Shown: positions 52,924 to 64,000 of the stretch, piece after piece | Layout: each line of letters starts with the position of its first letter | Numbering within the stretch: the stretch's first letter is position 1 | Source: Phoronis australis | Lineage: Eukaryota > Animalia > Phoronida | Assembly: GCA_002633005.1 (NCBI GenBank) | Contig: NMRA01000749.1 | Span: forward strand, 104,434-168,433 | Reading direction: 5' to 3' | Length of the DNA: 64,000 bases | The notes under the pieces: generated by a model | What the model saw: the letters and a program-made list of their open reading frames with translations, nothing else | Databases searched by the model: none | What the model was told of the DNA's origin: nothing | Translations under genes and position numbers: made by a program

Positions 52924-55900
52924 TTACAGCTCATCCTTAGGAACTACCAGTGAATCGGGTTCTGTGAGCCTACCTAGAAACAATATTGAATTTGTTTTAG
53001 AATCTCTGATAACAAAAACAAAAGGATGGTCAGCCACAAACAGCTCAGGAGGTTCAGGGATGGATCGCTTCATGATATTGGCGTGAGTTGCAGCCGCTGC
53101 TTCTGTCCCTACCTCATTGACCTCGATGTATGCCTTATGGATGATTTTCGACACAAAGAGATTTCGAGACGGATCAATTCCTGACAAATCACAAATACCG
53201 CTATGGAATAAGTCGCTCACGCCAAGCGTGATCAGTGCATCTTTCACACTAAAGCTATATTCTATGTTGAATTTGGGCAGGTAAACTTCTACTTTGGTCT
53301 TGTATAAGTCTAATGTGTTTAAAACTGAAGACAAGAGCTTGTTCTCGAGCAGATGGATTCCCTCGACAGTATCTGGTAAGATTATGGACATAGCAAGTCT
53401 TCCATCCCTGTAGGGCAACTCAAGAACTTTGCTTCTCAATATTTCGCTGTAGCCATAATTAAACTTTTGACTCTGGTACATGAGATGCGTATGGATGCTT
53501 TTCTCATTAGTAATATGGAATAAATCCACTGCAGTATTGCCTTCATCGAATGCATGTAACCAATCGCCTTTAAAGTACACAGCGTTAACTAAAACCATCG
53601 AGGTGCGAGGGTCTATGCTACCCTCAGCCACGAGATTCTCAATCTTTCCTCGCGTCACTTGAAACACCCAACTATTAATGTCCTTTCGAACAGTTTCTGG
53701 CTCATTGGTGAAATCACTTTCGATAAACTCTGTCTCATAAAAGTTCATCAATGATGATGTATATTCATCTGAGCTTGACTTTGTTGGTTGTCCGTACAGC
53801 TTGTTCGCAGCAAACAGCAAACAGGAAGAATTTGATAATGAGGCATTGAGTGACTTAAAGCTTTTGTGAACTTCAGTGTCAGGCAGACTGAAAGAGAGAA
53901 GCAGAATTCTTCTGTAATAACTACAAGAGCATGGGCAGTATACTATAAGTTCAGGAGTCATTTTAGGAACCATGGCTATGGGATATTTGATCCACAAGGC
54001 TTTAAATCTAAGTGCCAATTTTTAAGATCTATGGGTCACATCAGACACTATAGTTAAATGTCTGCCTTTTTTATCTTAAATTTTGGGGGATGGCATTAAA
54101 ATTTTTTTGATTTCGTCTGCTACCTCAGTATGCAGGGCTTGGAATGACCAATGACAAAAAACACGGAAACTTTTGCGGCCCAAATCATGCGCGCGCTACC
54201 CAGCGACAAAAATCGGGAGGACTAAAAAAAAAAAAACGTTACCACCATCAGTAGCATGCATCTGCGCCCTTTTAGCTCTCCCGTCCACACCCAATCCACA
54301 CACTTTTGGCTGCAGAGCCGTAGTATTTGTCGCCGCGGTTTACAATAACACGAGACGCCATTGAAAATCCCACCACGCTATCCCAGATGCCCCAGCAATG
54401 TTGACAATTTACGTTCCTCCGAAACATAAAGAGCAACTTCCGCTTTTCGAGGTGAACATCGTCTGCAACGCCGCGGTAAGAAAGGACTTTGCCGCGGAAA
54501 TTTTATATCACATCCGATTTTTTTTACGCGGAAATATAATAAAATGCGCGGAAAGAACATTTGAAAAAAGAGGAAATCCGCGTTTCCGCGGAAAATTCCA
54601 AGCTCTGAGTATGTTACGTAATTAGTGACTGACGTGAACTGCTAACTGGATTTCAATTTAACAGATAAATTTGCAGTTGGGATCTGTATTTCTCAATATG
54701 CAAAACACCATATTGCTAAAATTGTTTTAATCAGCTGCTCTTCACTGTAAGAGTACTAGATTCTGAAAGCAATACAAATTATTTGAATTATTCAAGACAA
54801 AATCAGGCAAAATTGTGACAATTTTAGTGCGCCTTTTGGCCCGAGTTTAGCAATCATTGTACATCAAAGAAATTTTTACGAGCTAATGATGCAGGGAACG
54901 CTCCTAAAATAATCCCTGCACTTTCAGGATTATTTCCCACAAAAATTTTATTTTCAGCGTATCTTAACCATGGAGAGGGTCTAAACAGTTACAGAATAAG
55001 ATTTCTTAAATGACTCACAACCCATCCTGCTAGTACTTTCCAAATGCTCTCATAATATGAGGTGGGCATAATTTTGACAAAAATTGTTACATATTTCCAT
55101 ATACAAGTCACAAATGTTTAAGCATTATTTGGTGTTCAGGTAATATTTTGAACATATGCAACCCGAAGGATGTCCAATTATCAAATTCCCAAAGTAATTA
55201 ACCCATTTTGAGATGGTGGCATCAATGCACGAGTTCCTACAGGTGCTCTCTAAAACCAGGTGCAATAACAATGAAAAAGCCCACTGAGAACAAAGCCTGC
55301 CATAAACAGAGCATCATATGCAAGACCTTGTGCAACCCACTGTGAGCGAAAAGTACACAAATGGTTGTAGACAGCTAGGGGGAGCCACCCGGGAGGAGGG
55401 AGGGGGGGGGCGGTACATCTGGAAAGTTAGGATACTCACACATTTAGAAAATGGGCAGCAGAAAACAAATCTATCTGTAGGGAGTTGTCATGAAAGTCAC
55501 AAAACTTAAGATCAGGGCTTTATCCAAGATTTCGAAAATAGGGTGTCCAAAATGGGTTCCCAATATTCCAGGGCGTCCATGATTCCACTGGTGCGTTACC
55601 CCATCCCCCTCCATCATTCACCAATAATCCCCCCTGTAGTAACTTTTACTAAAAACCATGTGTGAACCAAAACTTCTATGTCTAAATTTACGAAAACTGC
55701 CAAGTAGCTTACCAAACAAATTACAGATATTGGTTGAATAATGAGTGCACTATGTTTTTGGTGATCTCAGTCATATTGCAGGTGTTCCTGCTTCTCCATA
55801 TTAAAACATTAAAACACACATTGAAAAGCATGAAATGTGCGCAAACTCAAAAATTTTAAATAGGTTTATTCTTGTGGCACAATATAGTATTAAACTTATG

Positions 55901-56893
55901 ATCTTTACTTTGCTTTTGGTGTTTTTAAAAATAAAGATGTAACACAGTTGGAGTTAACCAAGGTCCATGCCCCTATTTTATCTAAGTACTGAATTTTCAT
56001 TTGAGACAGACCTCAGAAAGCAGAGACTGTAGTGGAAGACACTACTAATGATGGACATGTCTTCTCAATTTAGTTAGAACATTGTGTAACATTTTATATA
56101 CATTGAAAGGGCCAACACTTCTCTCATGAACTATCACCTAACTTTCATTAACTGGGAGTCCTTGTGATCTTATAATGTGGGTGTCCAAATTGGAGAAATT
56201 CTGATTGACAGTGGGCGTCCAAATGATACATTGGGCCTTCTTTGCCAGGGCGTCCAGATTAGTGTTAGGACGTACGCTGGATGAAATCCTATGATAGGAT
56301 GCCTTCCAGAAATGGCAATTTGCAGTCAGCCCTTTCACAGGTATCTAGGACCGCTAATTTATTTTTAACCACTTAATAAGTCTGAGACAGTACAAGGGGT
56401 GGTAACGTGGAATGTTGTCAAATGAGTAATTTTTGCTACAAAGGCCACAAAAACATAAATAACAACATCTGCAGACTTGTACTTAAAGTAAAAAGGAATC
56501 TCTTTGCAGGCAACTGGGTCAAAAAGGCTCCTTTTAGAAGGAATTTTGACAGAAAAAGCACGGTTTTGGGAAACTATTCATTGAAAGTCACCTATGTGCC
56601 TCATGCAGAGTTCTTCTACAATTTTTTCATACTTGCCTGTCAAAATATAACTTCTGTCTAATTTGCTCCTTGGTCTTGCCACCAGCACCGAGATATAGCA
56701 TTCCCATCAAAGTGGACACACTCCAAGGGGCAAACACAATGTTCTGGCCCACCTTCAATTGTCCACACATGTCAAATGCAAACTGGTTGTTACCAGCCAC
56801 AAGAGTCTTCAATGTCTTATCGTCACCAACTTCTTCCATGGTAGCAGTATTCAGAATAAGTAGAAGAGACAGAAGTCTGAGCACCTGAGCCAT
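52924..56893 (-). CDS. Secretory-pathway serpin with C-terminal KDEL and dibasic (KR) reactive site; neuroserpin/lancelet Spn1-like (~406 aa)
   Basis: Exons 56893-56637 and 53887-52924 joined by a phase-2 GC-AG intron. Signal-like VLRLLSLLLIL, NIVFAPWSV, VLVNAVYFKGDW, hinge EVNEVGTEAAAAT, RCL HANIMKR-SIP, FVADHPFVFVI, LFLGR, terminal KDEL. Confidence 0.92.
54133..54607 (-). mobile_element. MITE family A (TIR CAGGGCTTGGAAT), 6-bp TSD, in the serpin intron
   Basis: CAGGGCTTGGAAT...ATTCCAAGCTCTG. TSD AGTATG at 54127-54132 and 54608-54613. Internal sequence is the reverse complement of 33622-34015. Confidence 0.85.
55513..56291 (-). mobile_element. Non-autonomous relative of the 18971-25474 hAT element
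   Basis: Left end CAGGGCTTTATCCAAGATTTCG..TAGGGTGTCCAAAATGG matches the reverse complement of the hAT right end. Right end GGACGTACGCTGGATGAA matches the reverse complement of the hAT left end. No clear TSD. Confidence 0.75.
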
Positions 56894-58170
56894 TCCAAAA
56901 GCTGTAATGTTTATAATAAGTGAATGGTAATTGTCTTTATAGTCGTTTGCATGCCGAGAGTTTAATCACTATTTTAAGTGCTTTTAATCTTTATTTTAAA
57001 GCATGGATAAATGTACTTAATGGCCCTATAAAGGCACCAAATGACCTCAAATTTAGGATTGAAACTTATTTACGTGTGCTGTTCATGTGTAATGAAGCCT
57101 CTAACTCAAAATTCATATTTGTGCTCACTGACATTTGACCTACAAAATCTGATTGGATGACAGGATAGCTTAGAAATGTAATGCCTTTAATGGGCATGTT
57201 AGCTTACTCGTGTGCACCGAAGTTAAAAAAGAACGTACCTTTAAAATTGTAAGAGAAAAAACATTAAAAAAATTACTTGACCTTCGTACCAACTGACCTC
57301 TTTTGGTGAATTTTAGAAAATAAAAGTAAAACATTTCAAATTTTATATCATGGGTGGCACAGCACTAAAATAAGTGGGGGCGCACTGAAGATGAGTATAC
57401 TATTAAGATCGCAGGAAAAACAATGTTTTTATAATTAGGTGACGTTTGCACCAACTGACCTTTTCTAGTGCATTTGGAATATAATTTCTAAGTATTTGAT
57501 CGAGCTGGCCTACTGAGGTGTCCCTCTATTCACAAAAGGTAGCTATAGCAACATGACTGATGGTTTAATCCTTGTGAGGCATAATTCGCTGAAAAGCTTA
57601 AGGCGTATAGAGGACCTAGGCGATGACCACCATCTCTGACTAGGGCCAGTTGAGACTGCCACAGTAGAGATGGTGGCCTACCCATAGGCCCTTCATATGG
57701 CAGAAGCTTTTTGGAAAATTATGCCTCAGTCATGTTAAAAGTACCTTTTGCACATAGGACACCTTAGGACACCGCCAATGTCTTTCCTCTAAACTAGGAA
57801 AAATATTGTCGTAAATATTTTTTTCCGTAGTCCTCTGTTCAGTAGCCAAAATCGGCAACTAGCCATTTCAACACTGCTCATGCTTGAGGATATGACATAT
57901 CTCCTGGTGTGACCAGTGTAAACACAGTTCTCAATTTGGGCAACTGGTCAAAGGATTGCTCGTGTTATTACGCAGATTTCAGAAGTATTTGTTCGAGCTG
58001 GAATATATTAAAGACACTGTCTCCTAAGGTGTCCCTCTCTGCGCAAAAGGTGACTTTGATTTAATCCATTATCAGTGTGAGGCATAATTCGCCAAAAAGC
58101 TTCCAGAGTATGAAGGACCTTGCCGGCCTGTCACAAGTGCCTGGGAGCCTCTGGTATATCGTCCGGTTAC

Positions 58171-58204
58171 CTATTTTCGTCAGGCTCCAAAGTTCGTCCG
58201 CCAT
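58171..58204 (-). CDS. Candidate upstream first exon of the serpin (MADELWSLTKI-)
   Basis: caagATGGCG start and G|GTAACC donor. Phase 1 joins the acceptor at 56901 in frame (G+CT TTT GGA ATG). Lies in a CpG-richer promoter-like region. Confidence 0.45.
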
Positions 58205-60686
58205 CTTGTTTCGCGTGCAGCGCAACCACGCGGGACTTAGCGTTCCAATTTGGAGTGCTCGTCTTCACGTTAGGTACTAACCTCTCGGGAGAAACACGTA
58301 TCAAAGTAATGAGACAAAAATCGGTGAGTTTACCGATTGTTTTTTAAAACCACTTAAAAATCAGTAGATTTTACTAATACACTTTTTTGTGCGTTTTCAG
58401 AAGATGTTTTCGAATTTAAATTTTCTTCCGACGGGACACAAAACATGATCCAGGGTTTGTTTATGCAATGTATCTGTTTGTCCCAGGCACTAGTAGGATC
58501 TAGAAGGCCAAAGGAAAAATCCGCAGACAAATGCGATACGCTGGGTTCTTAACATTTTTGCCTCACGTTCACCATTAAACTGCATTGAAATGTTGTCCAA
58601 TTGGCTTTTATTGGAAACCACAGTGCAGAGCTCAACATCAAAACTTCAAATCGAGTTTATGTCAATAAAAACAGGCTGTTGCAATTTTCATTACTTCGTT
58701 GGCCTTTTTCTGCATGTTTCTCAGTTTTTACAAAAGGGGGCAGCATATGACGAACTTAGGTGTCACAATAAAATGGCTGCCGAAGGCAGTGCACATTTGA
58801 AATAACTCGGCACAAATTAAAGAAAACTTCCGAATCGATGAATGCGGTATATCTGTGAGAGTTAAATCGAATCCTATTCAGATCATAACTTTGAAGTGGA
58901 ATAATTCGGTGAGTACAACAGCAAGTCGGTTTTATGCTTAGGCGGACGAACATTGGGCTCCCCAGTATATACCACAACACTCAACAGGTGTTTTTGGCAC
59001 CTTATCAGCCCCAATGCCCGGCAACGCATGGCCTTAAATATACAGTGTACAGTTGTGGACGCCAGTGTACCGCCTCTACTATACAGAGCCACAGCCAGAA
59101 ACGGCCCACGTCAGACATCAACAAGGACAAGGTGCTGTCGTAAATTAGACAATGACAATAACCATCGTCTCTGCTGGCGCAGCGTGCACACTGTGAAAAT
59201 GTCAAGTTACCGATTTTGGGAACGGAACGAGGGACGTACTTCAACAACCAACATAGGTGTTGAATCAAATAACCTTACCAGTTCCACCTGAAGGAGGCTT
59301 TTAAAATCACCCGATACTTTACCGCCAGACTTGCAGAAATAAAAATGACCACATTCGTGAACACTCGACTACATCCGTTGACTTGCGCGCGCATAGTGTT
59401 GATTTTTAACACTTCCTAGAGAGAACTTCCTGATTCACAGGCGCTGGAATTTCCCAATGACTCATAACCATACATAAGAAACGTAAAGGTTGGACACGAA
59501 AACTTTGCCGAGCCGAGCAGTGAGTGACGTCATTTGCGATCGAGGAACTAATGAACTCAAGCGCCTGTGTCTTGGTTGACGACTTTCGCAACAACGACTC
59601 GCATAAGGACATAAGTAACGCGTTTTATTAGGTTGCGAGTTGCGCTAGTGGGGATCAAGGAACAGATCAACTCAGTGACTGTAGAGTGACTTGAGCAGGT
59701 AAGAGACGGTGGTTTAGTTACAAATGTTACCTTATGTAGGCCTATAGGCAACATGTAGCCCCTCGGTTGGCCTACGGCGGCGATGTAAAATTGCGCGTTT
59801 GGTTTCCGACACTTGTCCCATTTTCTCGGACTCTCTTGGGGGGGACCTTTTTGCCCATTTTGCCAATTGGGGGCTCGTTCGAGCCCCCCTGGGTGCGCGC
59901 ATGGCTATACCAGGATTATAGCTCATTGCCTAGCCCGCAAAAGCCCAGACAGCCAGACACTTTTCTCAGTGGCTGCTGTACGTATCCCATACCCTTTGAC
60001 GAATAGTTTTAGCAGTTAAGAAAAATTCGTTATCACGACCGTTTTGGACCGCAAGTTTTTAGGGACGAGAAAAGGCAACACTTGTTTGGCAGATCTAGAA
60101 CGTCACAAGGAATGGAACACAATACCTTGTATCTAAATTGAGTCTCATTACTAAATCAATTTTGGCTTTGATAACAATCAGGAGTGAATTCTCGTTGAAT
60201 TCTCAATATTATTGAAAACAAGTAGGATTAATCTTTTCATGCAACGCCCCTAATTCAAAAGGTTTTAGCCCCTCATTGTTTTGACTGAATTAGGGGCCTC
60301 AGTTTTTTGCTATATGATTACAAAATGCCATTTGTCAAAGAAGGGTTCAGAATAAAGATAGAAAAGTTTTACATCTGTGCTTAAAGAACGAAACAAATAC
60401 GAAAAAGATTTTGTGAACTTGGTTGAGTCCCATTTGGGTCTGTTTTATGCAACTGGGCACTGGCTGGCCGCTCCAAACTTGCTTATGATCGGAAGAGTTA
60501 TGGTATAGGACGAGGGCAAACCGTGCGAATCATATTTTTAGTTCGACCTAACTGTTCAATCCACGAATCGGTATACATTTCAATTAAGTTTCAATATTGC
60601 TGAGTGATTACTTCATCGTAACTCGCACTTCTATTTCAATTATGTTTCAGTTTAGGTATACCCTCACATCCATACACTGAGACTGA

Positions 60687-61316
60687 ATGGCCGTCACGGG
60701 CTTCATAGTAGTGTTGGTTTCCATTGCGTGTTTGTCGACTACGCTGCATGGATGCTCTGTTGCCAACTGGGAAAAGCGCAGCATGCAATGGCGTCTTTAT
60801 CGTTCTGAGATCGTGGTTTACGGGAAAGATATCGGTAGAGTCCAGGTTGGGGACGAGAAGCTTGGAATGAACAGGACTGACATGCTCTTTCGTGTCTATT
60901 GCGTTATCAAAGGGGACGCCAACAAGATATCTGAAACAATCACGGTTGAGGGTGTTTACCCCAGGCTTACGTGTCTTGGTGTGGACGAGGGCCCCGGTAA
61001 AGGCCCCGATGTACATCCAAATGAAACAGCCGTAGTTGCATTGAAAAGGCTGGAAAGTGGGAATTATTATTATGACATCGTCAACGCTATTCAGAGGGTA
61101 GCCTTCCAGCCAAGCAATGACACCTTTAAGAAAGCGTACGAAGTGTGCGGTCTTCAGAACCCAATGCCACCACACAATCGCTTGCCTAATGCTACTTACC
61201 CGACCTGCCCTAACATGACAATACCTTCGCAGTGCACAAATGGCTCCTTGAAACCAACCTGTACACATTTTCTGCTCCTGCTTCTTGCTTGCATGTTTAA
61301 GGTCATAAATGCTTGA
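60687..61316 (+). CDS. Single-exon secreted or GPI-anchored cysteine-containing protein, NtA (agrin N-terminal)/CCDC3-N-like OB fold (209 aa)
   Basis: Signal peptide, mature N-terminal Cys, pattern R..SEIVVYGK..FRVYCVIKG..ITV..C..VCGLQ..P..CP, several NxT/S sites, and a hydrophobic C-terminus. Fold assignment is by motif recognition only. Confidence 0.75.
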   Translation: MAVTGFIVVLVSIACLSTTLHGCSVANWEKRSMQWRLYRSEIVVYGKDIGRVQVGDEKLGMNRTDMLFRVYCVIKGDANKISETITVEGVYPRLTCLGVDEGPGKGPDVHPNETAVVALKRLESGNYYYDIVNAIQRVAFQPSNDTFKKAYEVCGLQNPMPPHNRLPNATYPTCPNMTIPSQCTNGSLKPTCTHFLLLLLACMFKVINA

Positions 61317-62086
61317 CAAAGAGAGCGGAATAAATTGTTCGTAGGGCCTACACCAACAACTCACAATTCCTTTGGTAAAGGTCAGGATGCACCAAGTCTC
61401 GAACTGCATGACTAGCGCTATACTGGACCGTAATGATTTCTGTGTTACACTGAATGTTATCGGACGTGACTTATGCTTCTTCATGGACGTGAATTGCAAT
61501 GATGAATTACACAATGTCGAATTACCTGATTATCTACTATATTTTGTTGAAACGCTTATAGGCCTACTTGTTGCTCCGAATACGGCTATTTTTAAGCTAC
61601 AATTCGAAAAGTGACAAATTTTATCTCAACTGCGTTACATTTACAATGAAGGTTGGTGTTGTGCAAGTTTAAAGTTGTTCTTGTTTTATCTATATGATTT
61701 TTTTCAAGGCGCGTTTGATATGATATTAAATTGAGATACTGCCGTATGTTTTGCCTTGATCCCTGTACAGCACGTATTTAGGATGTAGCAGTGTATTGGG
61801 GCTTGTCACATCTATTATCCAATGTCTATTAAGCTACTGTACTCGTAAGACCATCTCCTCCGCTTATAGAAGTTCACACTCAATTTATTATAAATTAAAT
61901 TTGGCGTTTTTCGGCTATGCCCAGCTTGCAGATTCTTGTCGTTATTGCCTATTTTACCTACGTCATAATAAATGGCATTATTCGACAGCCCTCATTGTGG
62001 TTTACTTTGCAATATAGCTCATAGCTGACCAGAACAGATTACGATAAACGACGTGACATGTAACTGTGAGTTGTGAAAAATACACT

Positions 62087-62143
62087 CCCCAGCACTATGC
62101 TGTCGCACCTAAGTGACTTAGGTGCGACAGCATAGTGCTGGGG
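62087..62143. repeat. Perfect palindrome, 28-bp arms with a 1-nt spacer
   Basis: CCCCAGCACTATGCTGTCGCACCTAAGT-G-ACTTAGGTGCGACAGCATAGTGCTGGGG. Confidence 0.95.
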
Positions 62144-62948
62144 CACCCAATCGTAAGGACTCGGGCATTCCCTGGAGGTAGATTTGTCTCAAAACTAAGC
62201 CGCAAAAACAACAATACTTTACACTTAAATAAACGCGAGCTCGTGCACATTTTCGGCGTTGTGTATGTCCAATTCCCCTAGTTTATTGAGCATTATATTA
62301 GGCATCAGTCAAAATCGCTGAAAATATTGATGATGATTCACGTGAATTTTAAAGCGGCTACAAACCCGCATTCAATCCCAAAAATCAACTTTAGATTTAG
62401 ACCACTTCATTCCTTCGTGAAGTTAAGGTGATATCCAGGCTTCGAAATAACTGATGGTTGACTTGGTTATTACTTGAAATCATTGGCTGTACAACTGAGC
62501 CTGTCGCGACATGTCATTTTATGGGAAGGGCAAAGTCTCGACGAATAACGTACTGCCAGTTCTTTACGGAGTCTGCAGAAATTACTTCGCATCTGCAGTA
62601 AGGAACAAGCCGAGACCAATTTGATAGCGACAAGAGGTCGACATTTAAAAAAATTCGCGTTTGGGACGAAACGCGGTTCTCACAACGACAGCAATTGAAA
62701 CGGCATTTAACCGCACTACAAGCGAGTTCTTGTGTTGTTTCTTACTCAACTTATAGGTGATGTGCGGGCTCGGGGTAAACTGACAGCTCGTTATTACTTC
62801 AAACCAAGCTCATGACATTTGTGGAGTGAGCTGGAATTTTTATGAGCTTCGCTTCAGCGGGAAATAACAAACTTCTATTTGTCGCTTAACATGCAAAACA
62901 TTCATCATCTTAGGAAAATTTTAAGACCACTTTTATAAGGGTCAGTGG

Positions 62949-63382
62949 CTCAAATCGAAACTGTTTACTGTGTGGCAAAGCACGGGGTTGATTCCGTTTT
63001 AACACAGATTCATTCTGTAGCTGGTTTCCCTGTCGATATCCTGATTTACTGCGTGAATTACAGTTTTGATGACGCTGGGAGAAGACTGCCAGCAAGTTAG
63101 CAAAAATGCGAGGTTTATGCGACTTATTTTGTCGAAAGAAGACAACTAAATATTAAATAAACTCNCTCAAATCGAAACTGTTTACTGTGTGGCAAAGCAC
63201 GGGGTTGATTCCGTTTTAACACAGATTCATTCTGTAGCTGGTTTCCCTGTCGATATCCTGATTTACTGAGTGAATTACAGTTTTGATGACGCTGGGAGAA
63301 GACTGCCAGCAAGTTAGCAAAAATGCTAGGTTTATGCGACTTATTTTGTCGAAAGAAGACAACTAAATATTAAATAAACTCC
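62949..63382. repeat. ~215-bp direct duplication across a single N (assembly overlap)
   Basis: Near-identical copies on either side of the N at 63165. Confidence 0.85.
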
Positions 63383-64000
63383 GCATGATAGGGGAAAAAG
63401 AAAATCGCCCGTCGAGACAAAAATGGGATTTAACAATTTGTTATGAAATGTGAGCCATATACGGACATGGTCCAAAAGGACATCCCGGATATCAGAGCAG
63501 CACCTTGTAGTCCTACGTCTATATCTGAATCGAAGATGATGACTAAAACCGAAGATAGAAGACAGAGAAAAATTACAGGTGGAAGATAGCGGGAAAAATG
63601 AAAAAAAAAACAAGAAAACTTGACACTGACAGCGAACGAGGTGACCGCGCAGTGGAAGAACGTAAACTGCACGAGCGAAAGTAATCTGGCCACGTGACCT
63701 CAACTGACAATAACATGACGACTATGTGGTCAATATTTATTCGTGGAGGAGACTTTTGAGCGAGTTTGCAAATATGTAGGGGTCAAGTTTTAAAATTAAT
63801 AATTCTCTTAGCTCTACGTTGGTCGGCGTGCCTTTAGTGTCTGCTGTACACTTTTTAAAATTTTAATAATTAACCCAATGCAGCCGATACTTGTTCTCCT
63901 GAAACAATGTCCACTTACTCTACCGCTATTCATGTCCGTCTCTTTTTTCAGTCAGTTGGCCTGATGGAATTGACGAGGATGGGGCTGACATTGTTGATTT

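Noticed and set aside
53888-54018. N-terminal 43 aa of the 364-aa serpin ORF
   Set aside because: Intron read-through upstream of the acceptor; the true N-terminus is the exon at 56.6-56.9 kb.
58883-59291. Cluster of overlapping 70-110-aa ORFs in GC-richer sequence; possible PDCD10 neighbour
   Set aside because: No frame resembles PDCD10 or any recognisable domain, and no convincing splice pair was found.
60636-61514. 292-aa minus-strand ORF
   Set aside because: Antisense shadow of the signal-peptide-bearing + strand ORF; no recognisable motifs.
63440-64000. Possible + strand exons at the window end
   Set aside because: Short open frames and an acceptor-like site near 63951, but no recognisable protein; needs the next window.

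Overview
AT-rich, repeat-rich genomic DNA from an invertebrate animal (spliceosomal introns, draft assembly with one N gap and several single-N joins that duplicate allelic sequence). Four host genes can be reconstructed by hand. (1) A 13-14-exon tandem-FYVE (Vac1/Pep7/rabenosyn-like) gene on + at ~12.5/13.7-37.3 kb. (2) A small gene on + at 43.2-46.4 kb with two paralogous, in-phase terminal exons encoding alternative transmembrane tails, plus probable decayed extra copies. (3) A signal-peptide/KDEL serpin with a dibasic reactive loop on - at 52.9-58.2 kb, with a GC-AG intron. (4) A single-exon secreted or GPI-type NtA/CCDC3-like protein on + at 60.7-61.3 kb. The FYVE-gene introns hold a complete 6.5-kb hAT transposon (TIRs, perfect 8-bp TSD, intron-rich but broken transposase) and a 5'-truncated Penelope-like retroelement (RT + GIY-YIG, 11-bp TSD) with a minimal hammerhead-ribozyme-like motif. 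A 122-bp haplotype-specific insertion at 34.7 kb matches the RNA piece that this ribozyme would release, which is the most striking observation. Many MITEs (including a group with 6-bp TSDs), SINEs, decayed LINEs, minisatellites and a perfect 57-bp palindrome fill the rest. All calls come from reading the sequence by eye; no database searches were run.
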